Shown piece after piece: positions 1-15,810 of a stretch of 64,000 nucleotides of DNA (positions are counted from its first letter, which is position 1; each line of letters begins with the position of its first letter). The translations under genes were made by a program, and so were the position numbers. The DNA lies in assembly GCF_009914755.1 (NCBI RefSeq), contig NC_060931.1; one strand, 5' to 3'. The notes beneath the pieces were generated by a model. The model had not been told where the DNA came from, did not search any database, and saw only the letters and a program-made list of their open reading frames with translations. The stretch is from the human T2T-CHM13v2.0 reference genome, Homo sapiens.

Positions 1-667
1 ACTCACAGAAAGAATATGGGCAAATAAAAAAGACATTTGCAAAGAAAAAAGATTTCAAAAGCTAACATAACTCCCCCAGTGCCTGGCACATTTATAGGTA
101 CCCATGAAAAGAATATAATCACCATGTTCAAACAAGAAAGCTAAACTGAACTGTTCACATTCAACAGTGACATAGGCAGATAAGAAATGTACCATCAGCA
201 GGGAATAAATAATGTTACCCAAAATGACACCTAAAGAGCAAAGGATCTAGAGAGGTGTCATGAAATTTTCCAAAATAAAATCTCAAACTAAATCAACTTA
301 ATTATTAAACAATGTAAATTTGAAATGGGGGTAGAGTGAAGAGGAAGAATTGAAAAATCGAACAAAGAAAACTATCAGTTGAGCTTTCCCTATGACAATG
401 AGAGTAACTGTCAATCGATAACAATGACTATGACCGTAAGTATAACCATCAAAACATATTTAATAAGAGGATTGAAGTTGGTAGACATTTCCCATATTTA
501 TTCATTAGCATTCCATCACAGAGAAATCAGCTACCTTTTGGTATATGTGCTAGATTAGTTCAATCAATGATTATTAGCATATGTTTTAATGTCCAAAACC
601 TAAGAGCTGTTGCTGTGCCAAAGAAATCAGGGTGTAGACAAAAGAAATGCAAGGAATCCAGCCTCAC

Positions 668-775
668 CTTTTAAAGTTTTCATGAGACACAGCTTCATGA
701 AGAAAACACTTGTGTATTAATACAAGAAGTTTAACTCAAGAGTGTGTGGGTAGCATATCAAGCAATCAAAGGTAG
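668..775 (-). other. Candidate minus-strand exon (non-coding/5'UTR, or end of a first exon)
   Basis: Minus strand shows a pyrimidine tract ...GTTTCTTTCCATTTCCTGTGCTCAG| acceptor and an AAAAG|GTGAGG donor at 668/667. All three frames have stops; ATGs lie near the donor. Confidence 0.3.
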
Positions 776-859
776 CTGAGCACAGGAAATGGAAAGAAAC
801 AACATAAATGCAGAAAGAATTCAGGCATTGACTACACACCGGCCCGTGAAACTGGCTGC

Positions 860-1010
860 TCCCTTTTCTATCAGATCCTACTCGGTCTGTCATTGGATGG
901 GCAGTTAGTAGAACCAGGGACTAGACAGGAGTTAAGCACCTTATGCATCCCCTTTTCTCTCCACCAACTGCATCTATTATCAAAATACAAACTACTCCCC
1001 ACCGCCCCCA
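860..1010 (-). promoter_or_regulatory. Candidate promoter elements (CCAAT, GC-box-like, GATA/TATA-like)
   Basis: ATTGG at 892-896 (CCAAT on minus), CCCCACCGCCCCC at ~997-1009, GATAGAAAAG on minus at ~863-872; non-repeat sequence upstream of the candidate exon. Confidence 0.25.
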
Positions 1011-1364
1011 AAAAAGTGCACTTCAGTTGAAAGTAGTACTCTGGTGGCACAGAGAATGGTATTTCCAATGTCTTTTTCTCAGATTGTTTATGTATTTGCA
1101 CAGAGTGTTAGCTAAGTCCCTTTATTATTTTTTGCATCACAGCTTCCCTCCATGTTTATTTCTCTGGTTTACACCAGCAGTGTAGTGTTATTTCTCCAAA
1201 CAAAGGAAATGTGCCAAAGTATAATTTTATAGTGGTCTCCACTAGCCTCCTTCTTTGCCCCCTACCATTTCAGGCTGCTCAGTTCTAGTTTTCCCCACAG
1301 GGAAACTTAGTCAAGGATTTTGCATAATAGTTGGGAACTTGTCAAGGATTTTGCATAATAGTTG

Positions 1365-1872
<508 letters not shown>

Positions 1873-2172
1873 TTTTTTTTTTTTTTTTTTTTGAGAGAGA
1901 GTCTCACTCTGTCACCCAGGCTGGAGTGCAGTGTCACGATCTTCACTCTGCAACCTCCGCCTTCTAGGTTCAAGCGATTCTCCTTCCTCAACCTCCTGAG
2001 TAGCTGGGATTGCAGGTGCACACCATCATGGCCGGCTAATTTTTGTATTTTTAGTAGAGACGGGGTTTTGCCATATTGGCCAGGCTGGTCTTGAACTCCT
2101 GACCTCAGGTGATCCATCCACCTAGGCCTCCCAAAGTGCTGGGATTACAGGCATGAGCCGCCATGCCCAGCC
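1873..2172 (-). mobile_element. Alu (AluSx-like), head-to-tail tandem with the previous Alu
   Basis: Poly-T plus full Alu reverse complement directly abutting the previous Alu. Confidence 0.95.
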
Positions 2173-2579
2173 TAAACCCCCCATTTGTAGCCACTTCAAT
2201 ATATCTGCTGTCTTTTAAGAAAATGTCAAATCTGTCTAAATTGCCTTTTGAAAAATGAGAAACAACAACAACAACAAAAAAAAAACGAGCAGAAGGCACA
2301 TTCTCTCATCCTGACTCCCTCCCCACACAACCCACGTGGAAAAGACCTTTACTTATAATTTTATATGAAAGTGACTAATGTACCAAGCTCAGTGCACTTT
2401 AAGAGACTCTTTCACTTTTTAAAAAAAGAATTGTGAGCAAAGACTATATTCTCAACAAATACTGTCTTTCTACATCAATTAAGGGATTGCAAGTTTGCAT
2501 ATAGAGAAAATAGGTCTGTACTCTCATTTATGGAATTTAGTCTGGCATTTTTGAGGTAACCATTCATTAGGAACAAAGT

Positions 2580-3190
2580 TTTGTTTTACAGCTTTATTAA
2601 GATAGTACTGATATACAATAAATTATACATACTTAAAGTATAAAGTTTGGAAATTTTTGACATGTTTACTCTGTGAAAACATTACCTACTCAAAATAATA
2701 GACATTTCTATACTTCCTAAAGTTTTCCTTTATCTTTGTTATATTTATGTCCCACTCCCCACCCCTTCCCCAGGAACTACTGATCGGCTTTCTGAGACTG
2801 CATATTAGGTTTCATGTCACAGATGTTTATATGAATGACATCATGTAGTATATACTCTTTTCCTTCTGGCTTCTTTCACTCAGCATAAATATTTAAGATT
2901 CATCTGTGTTGCAGTATGTATCAATGGTTCACTTTTATTGTTGTATAGTATTTCATTGTGGGAATATGTCACAGTTTGTTTTATCCATCCACCAGTTGAT
3001 GAATATGTGGGTTGTTTCCAGGTTTTGACTTTTAAAGTAGAGCAGCTGTAAGTTTTGGTCTGAATATGTGGTATATCTAGGAATAGAATGACTGGATCAT
3101 ATAGCAAGTCTATGGTCAACGATTTACAAGCTGCCAAGTTATTTTCCAAAGTGCTTATATTATTGTACATTTCCACCAACGGTGTGTGAG
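2580..3190 (-). mobile_element. Old L1M (L1MB/ME-like) 3' end
   Basis: Typical L1M 3' text (CAGCTTTATTAAGATA...TTTATCCATCCACCAGTTGATGAA); minus ORF 2880-3179 resembles a decayed ORF2 C-terminus. Confidence 0.75.
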
Positions 3191-5639
3191 AAGTGTGTAG
3201 AATAACCTTGCTTTTCTCAAATTATGATCAAGAGTTAGTACCTGGCTCCTCAGGGAAAAGAAATGAAAATCCTGGATCATAGTCCCTTATGGACCTTTTG
3301 TCTTCATTAGAAAATTATGTAATAAATATATCAAGCAAGGTCTCCTGGAATGAAAATTTTATGACACCACATGAAGATAAAAAACATGTTTTGCATAAAT
3401 TAAATAATTAGCTAATTGTTTTGGAGATCCTTGACTAAGACATGGAAATACCTCTTCAGAATTGCTCAGGTCTTCTGAGGATGCATCTGCATATGACACT
3501 AGGGCGAGGATGTGTGACTCAGAAATTCCACTCACTGGAAGTCAAGGCATATTTTTTTTTTTTTTCTAGCTGGGCTTAAAGCCAATGTCACCATAACTTT
3601 AATGGACTCAGTGTAGCTGTGAGTTGTATTATCTCAGGAGTATAATCATAAAGATAAGTTGAAAACAGCATTCCAGGAGATTGCCAACACTCTATTATAA
3701 AGTAAATAAATACAGATGGGGCACTACACTGAAAATGTGGCATGAAGTTGCCATCCACGGCAGAGGTCAACATTTGGACCTGATAAATGAAGCCAAGTCA
3801 TAGATAAGAAAAAAATATCTAGGACCAAAAGAACAAATATTTAAGAGTGGAGCCCTCAGAAAAAGAAAGAATCATCCATAGGAATAAAAGAAAAAGAAAG
3901 GTAAGGAGTCTTCTGGCATAGAAACGGCAGCATTTAGGATGAACTGTCCTCAAGACTATCTCCAATGCTGTTCCTTCTTCATGACTGAATCCCCTACACT
4001 TGCTGTCTCATCTCCCTAGGGTCAGCTGGACCTGTTGGACTTGAGGTGTCAATTTGGATGTTTAATTTTGATTTAAACTCAATTTTAGATACTTTTCTCT
4101 TTTGAGATCTTCATATTTAATCCATTATTCAAACTCATGTAGCTAATGAAATGATGGGGGAGAATAGAAGCCTTAGTTTTACATATACGATCAGTATGAT
4201 GGTGATTTTTTTTCCTGTATAAATTCTATGTAAAAGAAACCTGGTTTGAACCGCCCCCCAAATTAGAGTTACTTCCTAATGATTTTTAATGTAATCTGAT
4301 TTTTTTTTCGGGCTTCTTTCTTGTGCTTGTTTTTCAGACATATGAAGGAGGGTCTTTTCATATTAAATTGTTTTCCTGGCAGCACCTGAACCAAAGGATC
4401 AGACTTAAAATAAGTCTTTTTCCAATGTTATGTTGAAATTGGATACGACATTTCTCACAAAACTTCTAAGTCAAACAGTGATGAGAAACTACTGCCTAAA
4501 AGGTACCTATTTAAGACAGAGACTATATATAGGTTTTTTAGAAGTTCTTGTTCTTCTCCCTCTGCAAAGCACCACACATATCCATGTTTCATTTATAAAT
4601 AGATTTGAAAATTACTTTCGTGCACCTGCATTAACCATTTTCTGTTCTGTATGATGAAATACAGTCCTTGGGAAGATTTTTCCTGGGTCATGGTTTAAAA
4701 AAAAAGAGAATGCTGAAGACTATGACTAAAATTCCTTTGTTAAAGCCCAAAGTCAATCAAATCTATTTCCATCCTTAGCAACATGTGGTTCCATTAAAGT
4801 TAATCACTTTTCTATTTCGGTGTATAGGCATTAATTCCCTACTTTAAGGAGTTTAATAGTTGAAGAAAAAAAGTACAATTCCAGAAATAAGTACTCTCAT
4901 GAACATTTGCAGAATATTTGTCTTGTCCGAGATGTTTCAGAAACAAATAAATGAAATGTAGGAAACAAGATATGGGCATGATGCACTATTTCCTTGAAAG
5001 AATGCATTGGCCATTTGTCATGTGGGGACTTAATACCTTTTATTGTATTATATTCTTCTATAAAGGTATTCTTCTAGACATCAAGCATGAGAGTTTCCAG
5101 AAGCCATTTTTTTGCTATGTTCTTTAGTTTGTGTTCTCTAATACAACTCCAAGAACCATACCGGAGAACCAAACAGAGTGGTTCTGGCCAGGGCTCACTC
5201 TTTCTCTGTTTCTCTCTCCTGTCATCTCTATTTCAACAATATCTCTTAGCTTTGCTTCTCTTTGGGTGCAGCATTATTCTCTTCTACTGCAAATAAGAAG
5301 ATTCCTCCAGGTGTCCAGAAAGATGGTCACCAGTGGCCCTAGGCAAACATTATTTGAACAACAAGATGTACTCAATTAGATTATTTATTTTTGCCTACAC
5401 AGTTTATACAAGTTACAGATAAAATAGTACAAAGTTGTATTTGCTATTATTTTCTCTTTCTAAAACCTTCCCTCTACCTTTAGTTGTGTTCATTTTCTTA
5501 TTTCTAATATTATACTATGTACTTGTACTGTCTTTTTTATCTTGACCAATCCACAGATTCTGTATTTTACCAAAAACAATTTGTACATTTACTAAGTTTC
5601 CACTTTCTCCTACTTTTTATTCTTAACAATTCAAGTTTT

Positions 5640-7120
<1,481 letters not shown>

Positions 7121-7299
7121 TGATCCCTGGTATGTTTGAGAATCTCTATTTTGCAATGCTGTGGTTACAGGCTTTTATTATAGGAGTTTGTGATCAGTTA
7201 TAATGGAGGAAGGGTGGCCTATGCTACCAGGCCAACTGCAGAGCAGAGACTGTTAGTGACTTCCTTTTAGGGCTTGAGGGCTTCTGCTGCTCCTGGGAC

Positions 7300-7525
7300 C
7301 TCTCTATCTCTATGTCTCTCTGACTCTCTGGTTCTCTCTCCCTCTCTCTCTCTCTGTTTTTCTCTCTCTTTCTCTCTCTCTCTCTCTCCCTGTCTCTCTC
7401 TCTCTCTTTCTCTCTCACTCTCTCTCTCTCTGTTTTTCTCTCTCTTTCTCTCTCTCTCTCTCCCTGTCTCTCTCTCTTTCTCTCTCACTCTCTCTCTCTG
7501 TTTCCCTCTCTCTCTCTCTTTGTCT
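7300..7525. repeat. Imperfect (TC)n polypyrimidine tract
   Basis: ~220 bp of TC repeats interrupted by TG/TT. Confidence 0.95.
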
Positions 7526-7887
7526 CACCAGGTCCCAACACATATGCTTACCAACCTGCATCATGGAGGAAAAAACACTGCAAAAAAAAAAAAAAAAAAA
7601 AAAACAGAGAGAAAGAAAAAAACCACCTCCTGTTTCAGCAAACGCATGGGAAAGGAAAGGGACTTAAGTGGCTTATAACTGGCTCCACTATATTAAATAC
7701 AGTTTTACAAATATGCACCTTAAAAATGTCCTCAATATAATCGGATCATGACTACATTTCTGACATGAATTCATGAATTTCACAAAATTCTTGCATTCAA
7801 AAACAGATTATTCTGAATATATATACATGTGTGCTCATATATGCATATGTTTGTATGCATATATATGTATAGGTATATATACATTTA

Positions 7888-9015
7888 CAGTCATGTTCCA
7901 CATAATAACATTCCAGGCAATGACAGATGGCATAGAAGATGATGGTCCCATAAGATTATAATAGAGCTAGAAAATTACTATTGCCTAGTAACATCATAGC
8001 TGTGGTAACGTCATCGTGCAACACATTACACACGTGGATGTGGTGATGCTGGTGTAAACAAACCTACTGTGCTGCCAGTCATATAAAAGTCTAGCACATA
8101 CAATTATATAGGTAGTAATGCTTGATAATGATAATAAACTACAATGCTACCGCCTTATGTATTTACTATGCTTTTTAATCATTGTTTTAGAATGTACTCC
8201 TTCTACTTATTTATAAAAAAAGTTAACTGTAAAATAGCCTCAGGCAGGTCCTGTAGGTCCTTCAAGAGATATTCCGGAAGGCATTGTTATCACAAAAAAT
8301 GACAACTCCATGCATGTTATTGCCCTGAAGACCTTCCAATAGGACAAGATGTGGAGGAGGAAGACAGTGATATTGATGATCCTGACTGTGTCTAGGCCTA
8401 GCTTAATGTGTATGCTTGTGCCTTTAACAAAAAGTTTAAAAAGTAAAAATAAAATTAAAACTTTTAGAAATAGTAAATAAGCTTTTTAGCTTATAGAATA
8501 AGGATTTACAGAGAGAAAATATTTTTGTACAGCTTTACAATGTGTTTTTTAAGCTAAGTGTTATTACAAAAGAGTAAAATCAAATTAAAAAAATTTTTTA
8601 ATTTATAAAGTAAAAAAGTTACAATAAGCTAAAGTTAATTTATTATTGAAGATAAAAAACTTTTTTAGTATAGGCTAACTCTACAGAGTTTATAAAGTCT
8701 ACAGTAGTATAGCCCTTTATAAGTGTATCATTTTTTATCTTTTATACCCTATTTTTATTTTACCTTTTCTCTATTTAGATACGTTTAAGGACACAAATAC
8801 TTACTATTGTGTTACAGTTGCCTACAGTATTCAGCACAGTAACATGCTGTGCAGGTTTGTAGTGTAGGAGCACTAGGCTATACCACGAAGCCTAGATGTG
8901 TAGTAGGCTATAACATCTAGGTTTGTGTAAGTACATTCTATGATGTTTGCATGACAAAGTCGCCTAATGATGCATTTCTCAGAACATACCCCCACAGTGA
9001 AGCAATACATGACTG
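7888..9015. mobile_element. Tigger3 (GOLEM, Tigger3b-like) non-autonomous TcMar DNA transposon
   Basis: Terminal inverted repeats CAGTCATG...CATGACTG, TA target duplications at 7886-7887 and 9016-9017, internal GATGATGGTCCCATAAGATTATAATAGAGCT. Confidence 0.9.
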
Positions 9016-9750
9016 TATCCACACTCATAATTACCATCTTGCTGTCTCCTGATTATTGTTCCACATGTGCGTTGTGCATGTTTTATACAATCCTCCACAA
9101 AATTCTCAGAGATGCTGAAGTAAAACTATTTCTTCTAACAAATGAATTATCTATCATGAGCTCTCATTTTGCATACTATTTTAAAAATCTGAATTTAGTC
9201 CATTTCCATTTTCCTCCATTCAATTCACTGATTCCTTTTTAGTTAAGCCTAATTTTGTATTTATTCATGTACTCTTGTTTTAGCCCTAACCCACACTCCT
9301 GGGATCCAGAGAATGGGTGGTACTAAAAGAACTGCCACTCTGCAGTGGTCGTAGAGCAGGGAGTCTTTCAGTCTCCCTCTGTCTCCATCCTATGCGGACA
9401 TCCTTTGTAATGATGTCACTTGACTCGTGTGGAGCTAGATGGCATGTGTGAAGCATATGATACCCTCACAGGGCAATTGGAAGTGGCTGGGTTCTCTTTT
9501 GCCACCCACCTGGATTGCAGCAGTGCCAATCCTAACCCACTGCTGACACAGTGCACTCACTTCTCTGCTTACTACTTTCCCAGTCCCAAGACCTCTTGGC
9601 CAAACTGCCACTTCTCTCAGATGTGGATTCTCCCATTCCACTGTCCCTGTGTCATATGAGCCTCCTAACTTCCAAGATTCAAGATGAGTGGCAGGACATG
9701 AGATGACTGATTCGCATACTCCCACTTAAAGTTAGTTGTATCATGTCCTA

Positions 9751-9753
<3 letters not shown>

Positions 9754-9783
<30 letters not shown>
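9754..9783. repeat. (CA)n microsatellite
   Basis: Visible CA run. Confidence 0.95.
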
Positions 9784-9785
<2 letters not shown>

Positions 9786-11669
9786 CAGACTCCCAGTGTG
9801 AGGGAGTGGCATAACACGTGGTCCCTACAATGCTTCTAACTTACTTATTTTCTAAGCTCTCCATTCCTATGAAATCATTTTATCCAGTATGAAATTCACA
9901 AAGAGAAACTTACTGCTTCTTGGCCTTTTGCTAAAGAGCAAGTGCAGAAAGACACACATATTCTCTTTGGCAGTGGGCCTACATCAAATCGTTATGGTCT
10001 CGTACCAAGATGTCTTTTGACTGAGGAAGCTAAGAATACGGCTCCTTGTTCTCACCAGTGGACTCCTCCTCAGCAGCAGGGGCTCCCTTCCCCACTACCC
10101 ATGAGGGAGAGGGTGGCAGTTCAACAGGAAAATGGTAAGTTCACATCAGTTAGCATTTTGAACAAATTAATACTCCGTATGCCATCTTACCATACATTTC
10201 TTGTCTCTGCAATGAGGCTGAGCGAGACTGTCCCAAATGTGTTTTTATCCTGGGTCTGAGGCAGGCTGAACTTTAATCTGCATGATGTGCTGCAGCTTGC
10301 CATCATGTCGGGACAGCAGATCCAGTCCCTTGAGTAAGCCAGTTGGTCACAGTTCAGGAGAGGCTGAGATGATCTGTGATGAAATGATGGATGAAATGTG
10401 AAGATCCCCAGCCAATCCTTAGAGACAGGGGTGCCATCTGAGTCCTCCCACTAGGGCCAATGACAGTTGGCAGTGACATATTAAAACAATTATGTCTGTT
10501 GCATTCTGTTTTTCATTGCCTAATTCTCCACTTTGTACTGCAAAACTACATTCCTCAGGACTTGAAAGAGAGACCACAAAATGTCACACCCTAGTTCTCT
10601 AATGTTCAAAACTAAGAAACACAAAACTCAACATGTACTGGACTTCATGTTTATTCACTGAAGATGTGGAAGATAAATTCTGTCTTCTTAACATCAAAAT
10701 TCAGACCACCCTGCTTAGACCTGCTAATGCTTACAGCAATATTACATTATTTGTGAAATGACTATCCAGCATTAACCTAGCTTTGGGTTGTTTCAAAAAC
10801 CCAATTTCTCTAAATGCATAGTATGTGTTGTCCTAATTTTATTTGATGGAATAATCATTTGGTAAGAATAGCATTTCTCTATGCTTTGATGAAATATATT
10901 CATCCTTGAGGCAAAGAACAAGTAACTATACAGAAGGAAAAATCAAAACCCTTCTTTGTGAGAAAGCCATTCGCAACAAAGCACTGCTTGGAAATTTAAA
11001 AAGAAGGTCCAATTCTGCTTCTAAAATTATTAATTAGAAGGAAGATTAATACCTTCCATAGTAACTGGAAATAATTGAATCAATTCTGAAATATCACCTG
11101 ACAATTTTTCACTGTGGTGTTAATAATGTATTATTTTCATGATGGGGAAATGACATAAGTTTTTCATGTTTTGTGCATATTTAAAATAAGAATATTCATG
11201 AACAAAGGCAGCATGCCTTGATGGATTTAGAATTAGAAGTTAGGATCCCAGAGCTTGTGCTTCAATGAACTTTTAAAACATCACTTTGTTTTATTTGTTT
11301 GTTATATTTAACTGCATGAGAGGCGTGAAATTACCTGAGAAAAAAGAGGGCAATGTCAAATATTTCAGTACTGGACTGCCATCATCTTAATGGTGATATT
11401 GGAAGGATATCAAATCACATTTGCCTTATCAAGAAATTTCTATGTACAGGAAGAAAAATAATAGCACACAATCAACTTCTGGCAATGACAGTTCTCACTT
11501 TGATATGCCATAGAAGGTCACCAAAGCCAAAATAAACATCAAACTTTCCAACAAACACCTGAATTATTTCAAATACAGCAAAGCCTCTATGCCATACTAA
11601 CTCGGTACCTGGCCCAGAGAAAGCACTCAGTAACTTTTTGTTTGAAACAATAAAAGAAAATGCTCAGTG

Positions 11670-12280
11670 GTCAATGTATTGTTTCAGATTGGTGCATTGA
11701 TAAATGATAACTCAGAAAGTATTCGTTGGGTACCATGTGCCTAGGCTGAGGTATTACAAAGACAAATCGCATCTCTTTCTTCATGAAAGAGGCATGTAAA
11801 AAATTACAAGCCAATGTGTTAAGTACAGAAATAGAGTCACATAAAATTTTATGGGAATATAATAAAGACAAGTATTAATAACTCTGCCTAACAGTCTTAC
11901 AGAAGTAGCCACAGAGTGACTAATGTATGAGCTGGTTCTTGAGGCATGAATAGGATTTAGGTAGGTGGAGAAGAGTAGAAGAGGATATCCCAGAAATAAG
12001 GATCAGAATGTACAAAGGCATGACATTAAAACAAAAAATCCTGTTTACCACACAGGGAGAAAGAAGTTCAGTATGGCAAGTTCAGGAGTGTATGTGTGAA
12101 GTGTCCCAAGATGTGGTTGGGAAGTTTAAGACAAGACCATCTTGTGAAAGCATTTTTAAGACATTCTAAGAATTTTGAATATTTTCCTGTAGGTATCAGG
12201 AAGTTATTAAAGTTATGTAAGCAGAAATACCATATAATTGAATTTGAGTTTTATAAAATTTGCTCTGTCGGCAGGAAGTA
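11670..12280. mobile_element. L2 fragment
   Basis: L2-like text (ATGAGCTGGTTCTTGAGGCATGAATAGGATTTAGGTAGGTGGAG...CATCTTGTGAAAGCATTTT). Confidence 0.55.
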
Positions 12281-12296
12281 AGAAGTCTCAGTTTAG

Positions 12297-12725
<429 letters not shown>

Positions 12726-13910
12726 TAATTCTTATTGTAGAGATCTTTAACCTCCCTGTTAGCTGTATTTCTAGATATTTTATTCTTTTTGTGACTATTG
12801 TGAATAGGAAGAATCAAAATCATTAAAATGCCCAAAGCAATTTATAGATTCAATGCTATTCCTATTAAACTACCAGTGACATTGTTTACAGAATTAGAAG
12901 GAAACATTCTAATATTCATTTGGAACCAAAAAAGAGCCTGAATAGCCAAAGCAATCCTAAGTAAAAAGAAAAAAACTGGAGGCATCACACTACCAAACTT
13001 CAAACTATACTACAGGGATATAGTAACTAAAACAGCATGGTACTGGTTCAAAAACACATAGACCAATGGAGCAGGTTAGATAACCCAGAAATAAAGCCTC
13101 ACACATACAACCATCTGATTCTCAAAAAAGCTGACAAAAACAAGAAATGTGGAAAGGACTCCTTAAATGTAAAACCTAAAACTATAAAAACCCTAGAAAT
13201 ACCATTCTGGATATTGACCCAGGCTAAGATTTCATGAAAAAGGCTCCAAAATAATTGCAACAAAAACAAAAATTGACCACTGGGACCTAATTAAACTAAA
13301 CAGTTTCTGCACAGCAAAATAAACTATCAACAGAGTAAATAGATACCCTAGAAAATGGGAGAAAATATTTGTGAACTATGCACCTGACAAAGGTCTAATA
13401 TCCAGAATCTATAAGAAACTCAAGTCAACAACCAAAAACCTAACAACCCCATTGACAAGTGGGCAACGAAGAACAGGCACTTCTCAAAAGACACAGACAC
13501 GGCCAACAAGCGTATAAAAAAATGCTCAATATAACCAATTATTAGGGAAATGCAAATCAAAACCACAATGAGATACTATCTCACACCAGTCAGAATGGCT
13601 ATTATTAAAAAGTCAAAAAATAACAGATGCTGCCAAGATTGTGGAGAAAAGAGAATGCTTATACACTGCTGGTGGGAATGTAAATACGTTTAGCCACTGT
13701 GGAAAGCATTTGGAGATTTCTCAGAGAATTTAAAACAGAATTACCATTCAACCCAGCAATCCCACTACTGGGTATATACCCAGAGGAAAATAAATTTTGC
13801 TACCAAAAAGACACATGCACTTGTACATCCATCACAACACTATTCACAAGAGCAAAGACATTAAATCAACCAAGATGCCCATCAACAGTGGACTGGATAA
13901 AGAAAATGTG

Positions 13911-13957
<47 letters not shown>

Positions 13958-14000
13958 CACACACACATATATATATATATACACATATATATATATATAT

Positions 14001-14041
<41 letters not shown>

Positions 14042-14045
14042 CATA
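13911..14045. repeat. Compound (CA)n/(TA)n microsatellite within L1
   Basis: Visible CA then TA/TACA runs. Confidence 0.95.
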
Positions 14046-15564
14046 CTGTGGAATACTACGTAGCTATAAAATACATGAGATCATGGTCTTTGCAGCAATA
14101 TGGATGGAGCTGGAGGTCATTATCCTATGTGAATTAATATGGAAACAGAAAACCAAATACCTCATGATCTCACTTATAAGTGGGAGCTACACATTAAGTA
14201 CACATGGACACAAAGAAGGGAATAATAGACACTGGGGTCTGTTTGAGGGTGGAGGGTGGAAGGAGGGTGAAGATTGAAAAAACTACCAATCAGGTATTAT
14301 GCTGATTACCTGGGTGACAAAACTATCTGTACACCAAACCTCTTTGACATGCAATTTACCCATGTAACAAACTTGCACATGTAACCCTTGAATGTAAAAT
14401 TAAAGTTGGAAAGAAAAAAGAAAGAAAGGAATCCTAAGAACCCATGGAGAATTCAAATACAACAAAGACTGACAAATAATCACCTCTCTATCCCCAAGTG
14501 CTTGGCCCTCAATAATTCAGGGCTTATTAAATAAATGAACAGATGAATTAATGTCTATTGGAGTTAACTTTGAGATCAGGATTAAACGTGGCATACGCGA
14601 TTTTAGTGAAACAGATAACTGAGATTGCAATGGGCTAATTAGCCGACATTCTGCAATACGTCCTAGTCATTTTTCAGAAAAATTTTCAATCACATTAAGT
14701 TACATATGGACTCAGAATGGAATTAAAAATTAAATCTAGAGTAGTAAGCCATGCTGCAGACCATTTTACATTGTAGTTTATTATACTGTTTTTATAATTA
14801 TGAAGTATTAATATATGCCAGATAATTATCAGTTCTATTTTCAAATAATTTTCTCTTTCACAATTAATGAAAATATTCCAATTTCTTAGTAGTCTTATTG
14901 TTTTCCCTGAAGAGTTCCAATAAGACATGGTTTTAAAAGGTACTTTAAAGAGATTGTTAGAATATGATTTTGAAGTTTATGGCTCAAAGATAAACTGATT
15001 TCTAACCAAATTTGTGATGAGTACAGTGAGCATTGGAGTTCCCGGCCTACCACCTTCTCTGCCATCTCTTGGTAACAATCACCCTCCGTTTTCTTGTTCA
15101 CATGTCCCATGAAGAGCTCATATGCCTCAGGGAAAGCTGACTCCAATCACTGGATCTACAAGGGACGCAGGCAGCTCAGGCATAAACAGATCTGCACAAG
15201 CACATTCATTGGCCATTGGTAGGGTATATGGCCAAATTTTTAGTGTATATGACTTCTGTGAGACAGGAGGAGATATTTGTAGGCACTCCTTTGAAACAAG
15301 CTTTCTCCTCTGGGGAACAACTGAAGACACCATTTCTTCCACTGGATGGTGACACCTGGAGCAATACAGCCGACTTCCTACCAGATTCTCCATCCAACTG
15401 AGGATGAGGCAGACATCTGGAGAAAGAGGGGGCTGTGGGAGGTTGAGCCCAGCTCAACTAGGATTTATTGGCCTTCCTATAAATTCCAGCATTTCCACTA
15501 GGTGGAAGTGGTTGACATAGAAAACGGCTAAAGATATCACAAAAGTACAGCTAAGATGGAGATT

Positions 15565-15810
15565 AAGAGAAAGGACTTTGGAACCACACAGCCTGGGCCA
15601 ACTCCCAGTTCCACACCCCTCTACCTATGTGATCATAGGGAGTCATTTAGATTTGTGCCTTGGTGTCATCTCTGCAAAATAGGGATAATAATGTTTATAT
15701 CACAATACTATGAGTTAGTAACAATGAATTTTTTTAAATGGATTAATAGCATAAAGTGCCCAGAACAGTGTCCAGCACATTGTCAATCCCCCAATAAGAG
15801 GCAGCCTTTC
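15565..15810. mobile_element. MIR SINE
   Basis: GGACTTTGGAACCACACAGCCTGGG...CATCTCTGCAAAATAGGGATAATAATG...CAGAACAGTGTCCAGCACAT. Confidence 0.7.

Noticed and set aside
7224-7678. ER-rich and SL-rich ORFs
   Set aside because: Artefacts of the (TC)n tract.
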